The notes beneath the pieces are model-generated. The model worked only from the letters and a program-made list of their open reading frames with translations. It had not been told where the DNA came from and did not search any database. A program made the position numbers and the translations under genes. This document shows, piece after piece, positions 11,491 to 20,476 of a stretch of 64,000 nt of DNA (position 1 is the first letter of the stretch; each line of letters starts with the position of its first letter). The stretch lies in the NCBI RefSeq assembly GCF_044324875.1, contig NZ_CP172185.1. One strand, 5' to 3'. This DNA comes from Escherichia coli (lineage in GTDB: Bacteria > Pseudomonadota > Gammaproteobacteria > Enterobacterales > Enterobacteriaceae).

Positions 11491-12639
11491 TTAGTCTCGG
11501 TGATCTTCAATAACAGCCAGCAACAGTTTCAGGGTGCCGAACAGCAGGCAGCACACCAGTAACCAGCAGGCGATCAAATAAGGGATATTTGGAAAAGACG
11601 ATTCCTGCGGCAACTGTGGCGAACTGATCACTGACAGCACCTTGAGCTTACGAGCCGCTTCTACACGGGTCTTTTCAATGGAGGTCAGGGTCAGTTTGTA
11701 CAGCTCGGTGTTGAACTCTACTTTTGATTTGATTTCTTCAAAATCCACCGCCATACGGTTTAGCTTGTCACCCTGCGGCGCTGTGATTTTGCTTTTTTCT
11801 TCGTCAATTTGTGCCTGCAATGACTGAATCGCATTACGCGCACTCACAACTTGCGGGGCGTCCTCACGCAGATACGTCAGCAAGTTCCGCAGGTCCGCTT
11901 CCATCTGGATCTTCTGGCCCATCAGCGTATTCACTAACGTGCTCGCCGCCTGTGCCTGTGCCTGTGGATCCAGAACGTTGTTGTTGTCTTGATAAGAGAG
12001 CAATTCCGCTTTGCTGGCGTCCAGACGCTGGCGTGCTTTTTCCATCTCCGTTTCTGCAAAGGCAAGCTGGTCACGCGCGATGCGATGTGACATCTCATTG
12101 ATAAAGCGCTCTGACTCTTTCAGCACGGTCTGGTTAAACTTAAGCGCAAACTCCGGGCTAAAGCCCTGCGTCTGAATATTCAGTAATCCGGTTTTATCGT
12201 CATACGAGACGTTGATACGGTCCTTGTAGTACTTCAGGAAGCCTTCTGCAGTTTCATCCTTGCTAAGATGATTAAGAAAATCGAGCCCGCTGTGGCTAAA
12301 CGCTTCACGAAAATTTAGTTGCTTATCCAGCGCCGCCAGCATATCCGGCGAGTTGATGTACTCTTTCAGATACAACGCATCTTCTGCGGAACTGGGGTTA
12401 GAGGCACCCAGAAGCAGACCAAAATTCAGGCTGCCGCTGTTTAAATCATCCGAGCGTTTAATGGCGACTTTCGACTCGCTCATATAGCGAGGCTGGCTGA
12501 AGATAGCCAGATAGATCAGCAGCACCGCCATCGGTGTCAGAATGATGATTTTCGCCAGGTGTTTTTGGATATCTGCCAGTGAGATGGCAGACAGACGAGC
12601 ACGCATCCAGGATACGGCAGACTTCACTTTTATCAACAT
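11491..12639 (-). CDS. kpsE: KpsE, capsule polysaccharide export inner-membrane protein
   Basis: 382-aa ORF with N-terminal and C-terminal hydrophobic segments and central coiled-coil region; region 1 position. Confidence 0.9.
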   Translation of the reverse strand: MLIKVKSAVSWMRARLSAISLADIQKHLAKIIILTPMAVLLIYLAIFSQPRYMSESKVAIKRSDDLNSGSLNFGLLLGASNPSSAEDALYLKEYINSPDMLAALDKQLNFREAFSHSGLDFLNHLSKDETAEGFLKYYKDRINVSYDDKTGLLNIQTQGFSPEFALKFNQTVLKESERFINEMSHRIARDQLAFAETEMEKARQRLDASKAELLSYQDNNNVLDPQAQAQAASTLVNTLMGQKIQMEADLRNLLTYLREDAPQVVSARNAIQSLQAQIDEEKSKITAPQGDKLNRMAVDFEEIKSKVEFNTELYKLTLTSIEKTRVEAARKLKVLSVISSPQLPQESSFPNIPYLIACWLLVCCLLFGTLKLLLAVIEDHRD

Positions 12640-12710
12640 GTAACGATTATCAAAGTTTCAGTGGGGCGCAAACTCAATGAGAGACTAACCTCTCGAACCC
12701 CGTTGCTTAA

Positions 12711-13694
12711 TTAGTCGAAAATGCGCACAAGGCCAGTGACTTTATTTGCCTTGTTGGTCACCAATAATGTTGAGACGCGGTGCTTTTGCATTTTTTCTTC
12801 CGCTTCAATGATCATGGTGTCTTCCGGTAGCGTCAGCGGTTCACGTGTCATCATCTGCGCAGCCGTGGCGGATGTCAGAGAATCCTCTTTTTCCATAAAG
12901 CGACGCAGGTCACCGTCGGTGATAATGCCCGCTAGCCCACCTTCTGCGTCTTCTACCATCACCATTCCCTGGCATCCGCTGGTGATACGTTGAATCACGG
13001 TTTTAAATGACGCATCCAGCTGTACCGCAGGAACATCATGCTGCATGACATCAGCAACGCGGGTCAGCAGGCGACGACCTAATGAACCGCCCGGGTGATA
13101 GCGCGCAAAATCATTCGGCATAAATTTGCGTTGGTGGATCATGGCAATCGCCAGCGCATCGCCGATCGCCATCGTCAGCGTGGTAGACGTTGTTGGTGCA
13201 AGATTATTCGGGCAGGTTTCATTCGCCATGTGGAGTTCCAGCACGGCATCAGCATTTTTCGCCAGCGTGGAATTTCCATTATTGGTAATGGCGATAATTC
13301 GGTTGCCGAAATTTTTCAGTGAAGGAACTAGCTTGAGGATTTCATCCGTTTCACCGCTGGCAGAAATAAGGATCAGAAGATCGTAAGGCGTAATCATGCC
13401 CAGATCGCCATGGAAAGCTTCTGCAGGATGAATAAAGAAACTAGGCGTACCCGTAGAGGCCAGCGTCGCTGACATTTTACGACCGACATGCCCTGATTTA
13501 CCCATTCCCGAAAGAATAACGTGCCCTTTACAGTTCATTATCAAATTAAGGACACGCTGGTACTGCCCGGAATCCAGTTGTTTAGACAAGTTTTGTAATG
13601 CTGCGCCTTGTTCTGCCAGAGTCTGGCGAACAGAGGTAATTAGATATGGATCGATAGTACTGCTCTGGTCATCAGGTAAATGTCTTTCAGACAT
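12711..13694 (-). CDS. kpsF: KpsF, arabinose-5-phosphate isomerase (SIS + CBS domains)
   Basis: ORF track gives 12711..13730; I place the start at the ATG of MSERHL (13692-13694) because an AAAGGAG Shine-Dalgarno lies 6 nt upstream; SIS motif GMGKSGHVG. Confidence 0.88.
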   Translation of the reverse strand: MSERHLPDDQSSTIDPYLITSVRQTLAEQGAALQNLSKQLDSGQYQRVLNLIMNCKGHVILSGMGKSGHVGRKMSATLASTGTPSFFIHPAEAFHGDLGMITPYDLLILISASGETDEILKLVPSLKNFGNRIIAITNNGNSTLAKNADAVLELHMANETCPNNLAPTTSTTLTMAIGDALAIAMIHQRKFMPNDFARYHPGGSLGRRLLTRVADVMQHDVPAVQLDASFKTVIQRITSGCQGMVMVEDAEGGLAGIITDGDLRRFMEKEDSLTSATAAQMMTREPLTLPEDTMIIEAEEKMQKHRVSTLLVTNKANKVTGLVRIFD

Positions 13695-14300
13695 ATCAGC
13701 TCCTTTGCACGGAAATAATGCCACAGTCACAACAAACCCGAACCCACTATAATTTATTTATGCTAAATCAATGGGTTGTAAAAAATTTTTAATGAATATA
13801 AAACCATGGTCAGTCCATGCTTATATGCAGGACTTATCACCTTCTTATTAAGTCGCAATGTCTCATGGAGGTGCGAAGATGCTGCAATATTACAGGCGAG
13901 AAGGGGAACCAAATTTTGCCCACCTATTTAACACACCCCTACATTATGAACAAGGAATTTAGGATTTTTATCATTTATTAAAATGTTTTCTACTTGACTA
14001 TTAAGAACAAAAACAATTTATCAATTGATTATTTCCTTGTAAAAAAAGAACGTATGACTATGTTATTAATAAATAAAACACGCAAATAATGGTGATGTTG
14101 TTTTGTGATTAACTATTTAAGTGCGGCATAATAAACAGGTTGACAATTTCTATGTAAAGAAGAGGAAAATAATAAAATTTTAGCGGTGACTATTGAATGA
14201 TATGATAGTTGTGGTGTTGATTATTTCTGGTAATGAATGCGGAATTAAATCTGGCCGGATTGTATTTTTGCTATATCTATTTTTCAGGAGATTATTATTA
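13695..14300 (-). promoter_or_regulatory. AT-rich kps region-1 upstream/promoter region
   Basis: long AT-rich ORF-free tract immediately upstream of kpsF; promoter elements not individually resolved. Confidence 0.35.
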
Positions 14301-14503
14301 AATAGAAAAATAACAATGGTGATTATCTCCGGTTGAGCTGGAGTCACGTATGCCAGCGAGTGCTTTCTTCCGGGCCTTCCTTCACTTCAGAGAAAGAGCC
14401 TATGGAAAAGAGGCAATCATCAGGCTCTTTTTGAGTCATATGCGCCGATAATCAACTGTCTTGAACGTAAAAATTATGGAGCAACATGATGCTACGATTC
14501 ATT

Positions 14504-14734
<231 letters not shown>

Positions 14735-14840
14735 TTATGTGAACTGAACTGTGTTTTGTTAGCGGGGGATGTTTATTGATGATTCGGGAGTGTTTAAGAC
14801 CTGATGGCGTTATGCTCCCAAGTTTATTTTATATAAAGAT

Positions 14841-14870
14841 CCAAAAGCAAAAACCCGCCTTGTGGGCGGG
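14841..14870 (-). terminator. Rho-independent terminator-like hairpin
   Basis: CCCGCC-5 nt loop-GGCGGG stem followed on the minus strand by TTTTTGCTTTTGG. Confidence 0.55.
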
Positions 14871-14884
14871 TTCTTAAGAATTAG

Positions 14885-14906
14885 TGGTGCCGGACTCGGA
14901 ATCGAA
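14885..14906 (-). repeat. 22-nt copy of tRNA-Phe 3' end (island attachment-site direct repeat)
   Basis: minus-strand TTCGATTCCGAGTCCGGCACCA equals the 3' end of E. coli tRNA-Phe with one G missing from the GGG run; the terminator hairpin lies just beyond it, as downstream of a tRNA gene. Confidence 0.7.
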
Positions 14907-15016
14907 TATTTCATTTATCATATTGATATTTGTGTGATTTATTTGGTTTGATTAAAAATGTACCCTCATTTGTACCCGTAGTCCCTTTTGATATTGAAAG
15001 GGAATCACACTCGGGA

Positions 15017-15859
15017 TCAGGCTGAGAGCACAGAAAGAAAGTGCTTGGCTATTATATCGTTAATTCTGTCAATCAGTTCCAGCCTTTTGAAAGTGATGTG
15101 TGCAGATCCCTTCTTAAAATATTTAATGATGAACATCTCGTCTTCATAGCGCTCTTTACCCTGAACGGACTGGATGTGACCATCCAGACGAATAGTGATG
15201 TTTTCCCGGTTGTCGGGGATCGGTTTGCCGCTGAGCAGATGCAACATTCTTTCCAGGTCAGCCAGGCGATCTGCCTGCATTCCACTGATAAGATGAAATC
15301 CCCACCGGTCCCATCTCACCAGATTGTTGATAATGATTTTACTTCCAAATTTACAGGGAGAGTTGGTTTTATAATTCCAGCTCAGTTCCCTGAAGACGTT
15401 AATCACTCCCCGCTTAAACACCTCATCCTTGTTCTGGTGCACTTGTTCAAATGTGCTCAGAATGTTCGCTTCACTGATTTCCGGAAAATTATCATATTCC
15501 AGTGACCTGTACCATGTATCACGTGCCTGTGCATCCATTAAGGAAAGCATCCCGGAACGCTGCATCAGGTTACGCCAGATTTCGCGGTCAAGATTCCGGG
15601 TAATGGCTTTCATTGCTGTTTCTGGTTTCTCCATCAGCCAGCAGCCACAGCGAAAATTCTGTTTCATCGCCCAGTCCGGGGCGGCTTTACCGCCAATACT
15701 TTCCGTCAGTGCTGAGATTTCTGTCAGTTGCCGGATAAGCGTGTCGATTTGCAGCAGTGTACTCTTTCGTACAGCCAGGATGTGTCTGATACTTGTGGAA
15801 CAGATAACGGCTGTATGTCCGTTGACCGCGTTCGGGTGGGGGATTGTGATATATGACAT
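15017..15859 (-). CDS. hypothetical island protein (280 aa), tentatively DUF4942-like, downstream of cbtA module
   Basis: clean ORF, co-oriented with the CP4-like module; family assignment from memory only. Confidence 0.5.
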   Translation of the reverse strand: MSYITIPHPNAVNGHTAVICSTSIRHILAVRKSTLLQIDTLIRQLTEISALTESIGGKAAPDWAMKQNFRCGCWLMEKPETAMKAITRNLDREIWRNLMQRSGMLSLMDAQARDTWYRSLEYDNFPEISEANILSTFEQVHQNKDEVFKRGVINVFRELSWNYKTNSPCKFGSKIIINNLVRWDRWGFHLISGMQADRLADLERMLHLLSGKPIPDNRENITIRLDGHIQSVQGKERYEDEMFIIKYFKKGSAHITFKRLELIDRINDIIAKHFLSVLSA

Positions 15860-15951
15860 TATGGGGTTTCCTTTCTGTTTATAAACGAAAACGCCAGCTC
15901 TGTTCAGGCTGGCGTCAGTGGAATGAAGTATGGTGAGTGAGACTCACGCGC

Positions 15952-16296
15952 TCAGGTGAATGAGTTGCAGGTGACGCAGGGTACGGACATCCTCCTTGGC
16001 CTGTTCGATACAGGGCAACAATGCTGCCGAATCCGTTTTATCCTCATTGTTGTCAAAGATAATCCCCGATTCGCAGTCGATATTGTCCTGCAGCCACGCA
16101 ATGTCGTAAACGGTGGTGGAGTGCAGGTTGACTGCTGGTCAGGGTCGTCCACCACGCGGAGTGAATAACCGTATTCAGCGACCTTGTTAATCAGTTCAGT
16201 GAGCTCAACACCATCAATGTCAACGACAATTCGCCCTATATTCAGTGCCTGTACGTTAACGCTGTCTGCTTCCAATGTCAGGGCCAGTTTCATCAT
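15952..16296 (-). CDS. YeeW/YpjJ-like small protein; C-terminal half is low-complexity and may be read-through
   Basis: start overlaps cbtA stop (ATGA); N-terminal ~55 aa looks globular, remainder is R/C/T/P-rich. Confidence 0.45.
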   Translation of the reverse strand: MMKLALTLEADSVNVQALNIGRIVVDIDGVELTELINKVAEYGYSLRVVDDPDQQSTCTPPPFTTLRGCRTISTANRGLSLTTMRIKRIRQHCCPVSNRPRRMSVPCVTCNSFT

Positions 16297-16667
16297 TTCG
16301 CCTCCGGATACTTACCCAGGGTAATGTTATTTACCGTTCTGTAATTGTCGCGGGTCATCAGGCCGGTCGCCCTGCGAGCCCGGAGGATATCGATGCTGTT
16401 TATTAACTGAGAGCGGGTACAGGTGCTGAATCCCGGCTGGTCGGTACGCACCAGCGCGTATTTTTCCACGAGAAAGTTCACCGCATCACACAGTGAAATG
16501 CCAGCCTCAATATGCTGCTCAATCACACGTTCATCGGCAAACGGTGTGTCATGCAGTGTGAGGCCGTAATGCTGGTCCAGCAGCCGGGTCAGCAGTATCT
16601 GCCAGATTTCAAGCGGAGACGGGCGTGAACTGGCCGCTTGCTTGGGTAATACAGGTAATGTTTTCAT
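16293..16667 (-). CDS. cbtA: CbtA/YeeV-family toxin (cytoskeleton-binding toxin)
   Basis: 124-aa ORF MKTLPVLPKQAASSRPSPLEIWQILLTRLLDQHYGLTL... nearly identical in pattern to K-12 YeeV/YpjF. Confidence 0.9.
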   Translation of the reverse strand: MKTLPVLPKQAASSRPSPLEIWQILLTRLLDQHYGLTLHDTPFADERVIEQHIEAGISLCDAVNFLVEKYALVRTDQPGFSTCTRSQLINSIDILRARRATGLMTRDNYRTVNNITLGKYPEAK

Positions 16668-16712
16668 TTTAAGTTCTCAGTAATGGGGGAGATAAAGGTG
16701 AGATATTCGGGA

Positions 16713-17075
16713 TTATGCTGTTGTTGCGGGAACTGCTGGTGTCGGATAAACAGCCATATAAACGTAGCCACAACTGCCGAGGGTGTCGGCTTCGCAGGTC
16801 AGCCCTTTTGCATACAGCGTGACGGTATGCTGATGACGGGGACTGAGTTCACCGCTGGTGAGCATTAATTCCAGTTGTTTCATCAGCAGCGGAAAGGCCT
16901 GGTCCGGATGGTATGCATCTGCGTCGCTGAAGCGGCCTCTGATACCGGCGCGGTCGGCAAGGTAATGCAACCGGTTACCCTCCTGCACCAGACAGGCCCC
17001 GAAACAGGGCGTCACGGTGCAGGGTAGTCCCCACCAGGGGCGGTCGTGATTGTTGTCGGGGAGTGTGTCTGACAC
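16713..17075 (-). CDS. cbeA: CbeA/YeeU-family antitoxin
   Basis: 120-aa ORF ...DRPWWGLPCTVTPCFGA...LYAKGLTC...; immediately upstream of cbtA. Confidence 0.9.
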   Translation of the reverse strand: MSDTLPDNNHDRPWWGLPCTVTPCFGACLVQEGNRLHYLADRAGIRGRFSDADAYHPDQAFPLLMKQLELMLTSGELSPRHQHTVTLYAKGLTCEADTLGSCGYVYMAVYPTPAVPATTA

Positions 17076-17150
17076 GATAAAGTCCTCACAGAAAATCGGT
17101 TAAGAATGGTCCGGTAGTGGCGATAATTCTGCTCATCAGAATGCCCTGAC

Positions 17151-17372
17151 TCAGTTCAGGGTGACACTCATCAGGCGGACATACGGGCCAAAACTGTCCT
17201 TACGGCGTTCTGCAAATACAGCCAGCACACCGGGAATATCCTGTACTTCACGACCGGTATACGTCTCAGCACTGCCGTGCCAGCGGTATTTACCGGTACA
17301 GAACGGAAAAAGACGGGATGTCGGATGTTGTTGGTGAATACGCATGGCTTCACCACGGGTGATAATTTTCAT
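17151..17372 (-). CDS. yeeT: YeeT/YkfH-like protein (DUF987)
   Basis: 73-aa ORF MKIITRGEAMRIHQQHP...; conserved position upstream of the antitoxin. Confidence 0.8.
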   Translation of the reverse strand: MKIITRGEAMRIHQQHPTSRLFPFCTGKYRWHGSAETYTGREVQDIPGVLAVFAERRKDSFGPYVRLMSVTLN

Positions 17373-17434
17373 AATGGGATACCTCTGAAGACAGAAGATA
17401 AAAGTGAAAACAGGTGTGATGTGGTTGTGACGGG

Positions 17435-17911
17435 TTAAAGCAGACCATGTTCGGCAAAGGAGAAAACCTGGCTGCCACCGACTATCAGATGGTCCGGCAC
17501 CCGGATATCCACCAGGCCCAGTGCCTGTACCAGACGTTCCGTGATAAGGCGGTCTGCCTTGCTGGGTGTGACTTCACCGGACGGGTGATTGTGCGCCAGC
17601 ACCACGGCAGCGGCATTGTGGTACAGGGCGCGTTTAATCACTTCCCGGGGATGGACTTCCGTGCGGTTGATGGTGCCGGTGAAGAGGGTTTCACCGGCAA
17701 TCAGCTGATTCTGGTTGTTCAGATACAGCACCCGGAATTCTTCACGCTCCAGTCCCGCCATGTTCAGAATCAGCCATTCCCGTGCCGCATGCGTGGAGGT
17801 GAAGGCCACGCCGGGTTCATGAAGATGGCGGTCCAGGGCTTTCAGGGCCCGCTGAATGAGGCTGCGCTCTCTGGTTGTCATTTCTCCGGGCAGAAAGGAA
17901 ATCTGTTGCAT
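17435..17911 (-). CDS. RadC-like JAB-domain protein (YeeS/YfjY/YkfG family)
   Basis: 158-aa ORF with JAMM-like HNHPSGEVTPSKAD motif. Confidence 0.85.
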   Translation of the reverse strand: MQQISFLPGEMTTRERSLIQRALKALDRHLHEPGVAFTSTHAAREWLILNMAGLEREEFRVLYLNNQNQLIAGETLFTGTINRTEVHPREVIKRALYHNAAAVVLAHNHPSGEVTPSKADRLITERLVQALGLVDIRVPDHLIVGGSQVFSFAEHGLL

Positions 17912-17926
17912 TGTTCCGGCCCCCTT

Positions 17927-18406
17927 TCAGTCAATGATGCGCATAATGGCGCTGCATTCCGGATGCTGCAGGGCGTAATCCCGCAGACGGTAATAATGAA
18001 CCGTCATGGCATAACACTCCGTACGGCAGGCGTGATGACTGTACGTCATCAGACAGGCAGCAATGCCGGCGGCTTCCGGGCTCATTTCAGCGCGGTTACC
18101 GTTCATGGCATTGAACAGTACCCATGTTTCGTCATCATCATCATCCGGTTCGGGGGCCATAAATGCCCCGCCGTTGTTCAGGGTGTACAGATTCCAGATA
18201 CCACCGCAGTAGTCTTCGCACAGACGGTCCATCCAGCCGAAGACACTGGGCTCCAGGGTCACCCACTGTGGAATGAGGCCAAAATGCTGCGGCCAGAAGC
18301 TGATGCGCTGTTCATCAGGGACGAGGCTGGCAACCAACTGAGGCGGATTATTCTCTGGTGTTGTAGCTGAATAAATTGTGGGGGTATTCTGAGAAACGGT
18401 TTTCAT
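17927..18406 (-). CDS. antirestriction protein (KlcA/ArdB-like, YfjX/YkfF family)
   Basis: 159-aa ORF with acidic DDDDDE stretch; conserved position between yafZ-like and radC-like genes. Confidence 0.8.
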   Translation of the reverse strand: MKTVSQNTPTIYSATTPENNPPQLVASLVPDEQRISFWPQHFGLIPQWVTLEPSVFGWMDRLCEDYCGGIWNLYTLNNGGAFMAPEPDDDDDETWVLFNAMNGNRAEMSPEAAGIAACLMTYSHHACRTECYAMTVHYYRLRDYALQHPECSAIMRIID

Positions 18407-18487
18407 GAGATAACGCCTTAAATAACAAATAAATGTGTGTTTTTCAGGAACGAAAGCTGAATGATTCCCTCACTCAGGGAAACGGCA

Positions 18488-19306
18488 TCAGCGCATGCTC
18501 TCCAGCAGCGTTTCTGCCATCACCCACAATGCGCGGTTGAGTTTTATATCGGTATCAATGCTGTGAATGGCCCGGGTATGGATACGTTTTCCTTTTGCAC
18601 TGCGACCGGAAATCCCGCCTTTCAGCATATTCTCCTGGATGGTCTGATAAGCACTCCACAGGTCCTTACCGTAATCCTCCCGGCGTCGTGGTGTCAGAAT
18701 GTCGGCGGTGGTGACGGGCTGATGTTCGTCACCATAACGGTAAGTCAGTGCCGCCTGTGCCAGCGCCTGGCGTGCCGGTGGCGGCAGGACCAGCGACTGC
18801 ATGGCATCACGCTTCTCCTCTATCCGGTCAAACACGCCCACCACCTCGTAAGCCCCTTCAATGACTCTGTCCACCACATTTCCCCGGTGCGGAACACGCA
18901 CTTCCCCCCGAGACTGACCGCAGACGCATCCGTTCTGGCAGACGAACCTGAAGTAACCCGGCAGCATCTGGTAGCTGGAGGTACCGTCATGAGAGTTGAG
19001 CAGAATAATTTCAGGGACATGTTGTCCGTTTATCTCCCCGTCACGGCGCAGACGCAGCATGTGTTTGGTATACCCCCGGCGACCCGGGTCACGTACGCGG
19101 GTCTGGCAGGCGAAGAATGGCTGAAAGCCTTCCCGCTGCAGGCTTTCCAGCACGGTGATGGTGGGGATGTATGTATAGTTCCGGCTCCGGGAGGTGTGTT
19201 TATCTTCCCCGAAAATCCCGGGCACATGGTGCATCAGCTCTTCACGGGTCAGCGGACGGTCACGGCGTATCTGGTTCGCATAACCAAAACGACTGGCTAA
19301 TCGCAT
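18488..19306 (-). CDS. YafZ/YfjQ-like DUF932 protein
   Basis: 272-aa ORF; conserved position between GTPase and antirestriction gene. Confidence 0.75.
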   Translation of the reverse strand: MRLASRFGYANQIRRDRPLTREELMHHVPGIFGEDKHTSRSRNYTYIPTITVLESLQREGFQPFFACQTRVRDPGRRGYTKHMLRLRRDGEINGQHVPEIILLNSHDGTSSYQMLPGYFRFVCQNGCVCGQSRGEVRVPHRGNVVDRVIEGAYEVVGVFDRIEEKRDAMQSLVLPPPARQALAQAALTYRYGDEHQPVTTADILTPRRREDYGKDLWSAYQTIQENMLKGGISGRSAKGKRIHTRAIHSIDTDIKLNRALWVMAETLLESMR

Positions 19307-19491
19307 ACTTTGCTCCTTATCAGTGGTTAAGACTGAATGACGTAATCAATGAAAAAGCCGCGTCTCACGGAGAAGACGCGGCCTGATGGATGAAATGAAT
19401 GAGGGTTTACCGAAGCCCTTCAGCATTGTGGTGACGCAACCGGAAATGCGTTTCCTGGTTATCGCCGGGGCCGGTCAAAAAGCGGGGACAT

Positions 19492-20376
19492 TCAGAACAG
19501 GCGATCCCACAGTGTGATCAGCAGGCGGATAATGCGATCACGGGCTTTGCGCAGAAGCTGCAGCATCCAGGCCGGAAAGCTGAACCGGGCAATGGCAGCG
19601 TCAAAACTCTGGCCGATGGCGTCACCAAAAGCCTGCTGTGCGTGTTGCTGATCCTGCGCAGTGCGCTTTTCATTCCGGATATGCGAATAAACCGCGCTGG
19701 TTGCCTGTGGTGGCAGGGCGTGGATCATCAGAGACACAAATGCCGGAAGATTCCAGCCGGCAGGAGCGGCTATGGGGAGTACCGGAAATGATGAAGGGAA
19801 CAGGGTTGCCACCCGGGCTGTCACCGTCGCCAGTGAGAGTTCCTGCTGACGGGATGGCGTGCTGCTCTGGTTGTTCCATTCTTCAGCCGGGTGGATGCGA
19901 TCGGCATGGCTGAGAACAAACAGAAAACGCGAGGGATCGGCACCTTCATTCAGTAAAAACTGATGCATGGCGATGTCGGCAGCATACGCACGTTCATCAG
20001 CCCGCAGGATCCAGATAATCAGATCCAGTTCGGGCAGTAACTGACTGTAAAGTGCCCGGTATTCCTGATCATGCTGTGGTGTTTCGCCAGTGCCGGGCAG
20101 ATCGACCAGCGTCATTCTTCGTTCACCGGGCTGAAAGGTAAGACGATGAGCCTGACGGGTGCAGCCGTTCAGCGGATGCGTGGCGCAGACACGGGACTGA
20201 AAAATGGCATTGCACAGGCTGCTTTTTCCGGCACCGGATTTACCCATAATGCCAATAACGGGTTCGTACTGAATGACGCTGCGAAGATGTTCAAGGATTT
20301 TCTGGCGAATTTCTTCAGGAAGAAAGGTCAGATGTGACTTTACGTGTGCGGAGAGGGAAGAATGGCTGAATGACAT
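19492..20376 (-). CDS. YeeP/YfjP/YkfA-family GTPase
   Basis: 294-aa ORF with G1 motif GIMGKSGAGKSS and DLPG G3-like motif. Confidence 0.85.
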   Translation of the reverse strand: MSFSHSSLSAHVKSHLTFLPEEIRQKILEHLRSVIQYEPVIGIMGKSGAGKSSLCNAIFQSRVCATHPLNGCTRQAHRLTFQPGERRMTLVDLPGTGETPQHDQEYRALYSQLLPELDLIIWILRADERAYAADIAMHQFLLNEGADPSRFLFVLSHADRIHPAEEWNNQSSTPSRQQELSLATVTARVATLFPSSFPVLPIAAPAGWNLPAFVSLMIHALPPQATSAVYSHIRNEKRTAQDQQHAQQAFGDAIGQSFDAAIARFSFPAWMLQLLRKARDRIIRLLITLWDRLF

Positions 20377-20476
20377 ACCGTTATCCTGTTGATTTCACTG
20401 AACCGGATCACATTAATCCGGCCTCTCAGTCAGGTAATATGGACGTGAAAATTTTTCCATTGACGGGAAGAAGAGT

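Noticed and set aside
12711-13730. ORF-track N-terminal extensions of kpsF, insC (48586..48630) and the second ABC permease (52391..52438)
   Set aside because: Internal ATGs with better Shine-Dalgarno context or known protein N-termini fit better; extensions kept only as alternatives.
14396-14440. Second terminator-like hairpin (GAGCCT...AGGCTC + TTTTT)
   Set aside because: Stem is short and the loop about 20 nt; too weak to call.
14885-14906. Possible tRNA gene
   Set aside because: Only the last 22 nt of a tRNA-Phe are present; no acceptor or anticodon arms upstream; interpreted as an attachment-site repeat, not a gene.
17447-18370. 307-aa plus-strand ORF
   Set aside because: Lies antisense to the well-supported radC-like and antirestriction genes; GC-rich antisense frame with no motifs; treated as spurious.
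18461-19300. 279-aa plus-strand ORF
   Set aside because: Antisense to the yafZ-like gene; no recognisable features; spurious open frame.
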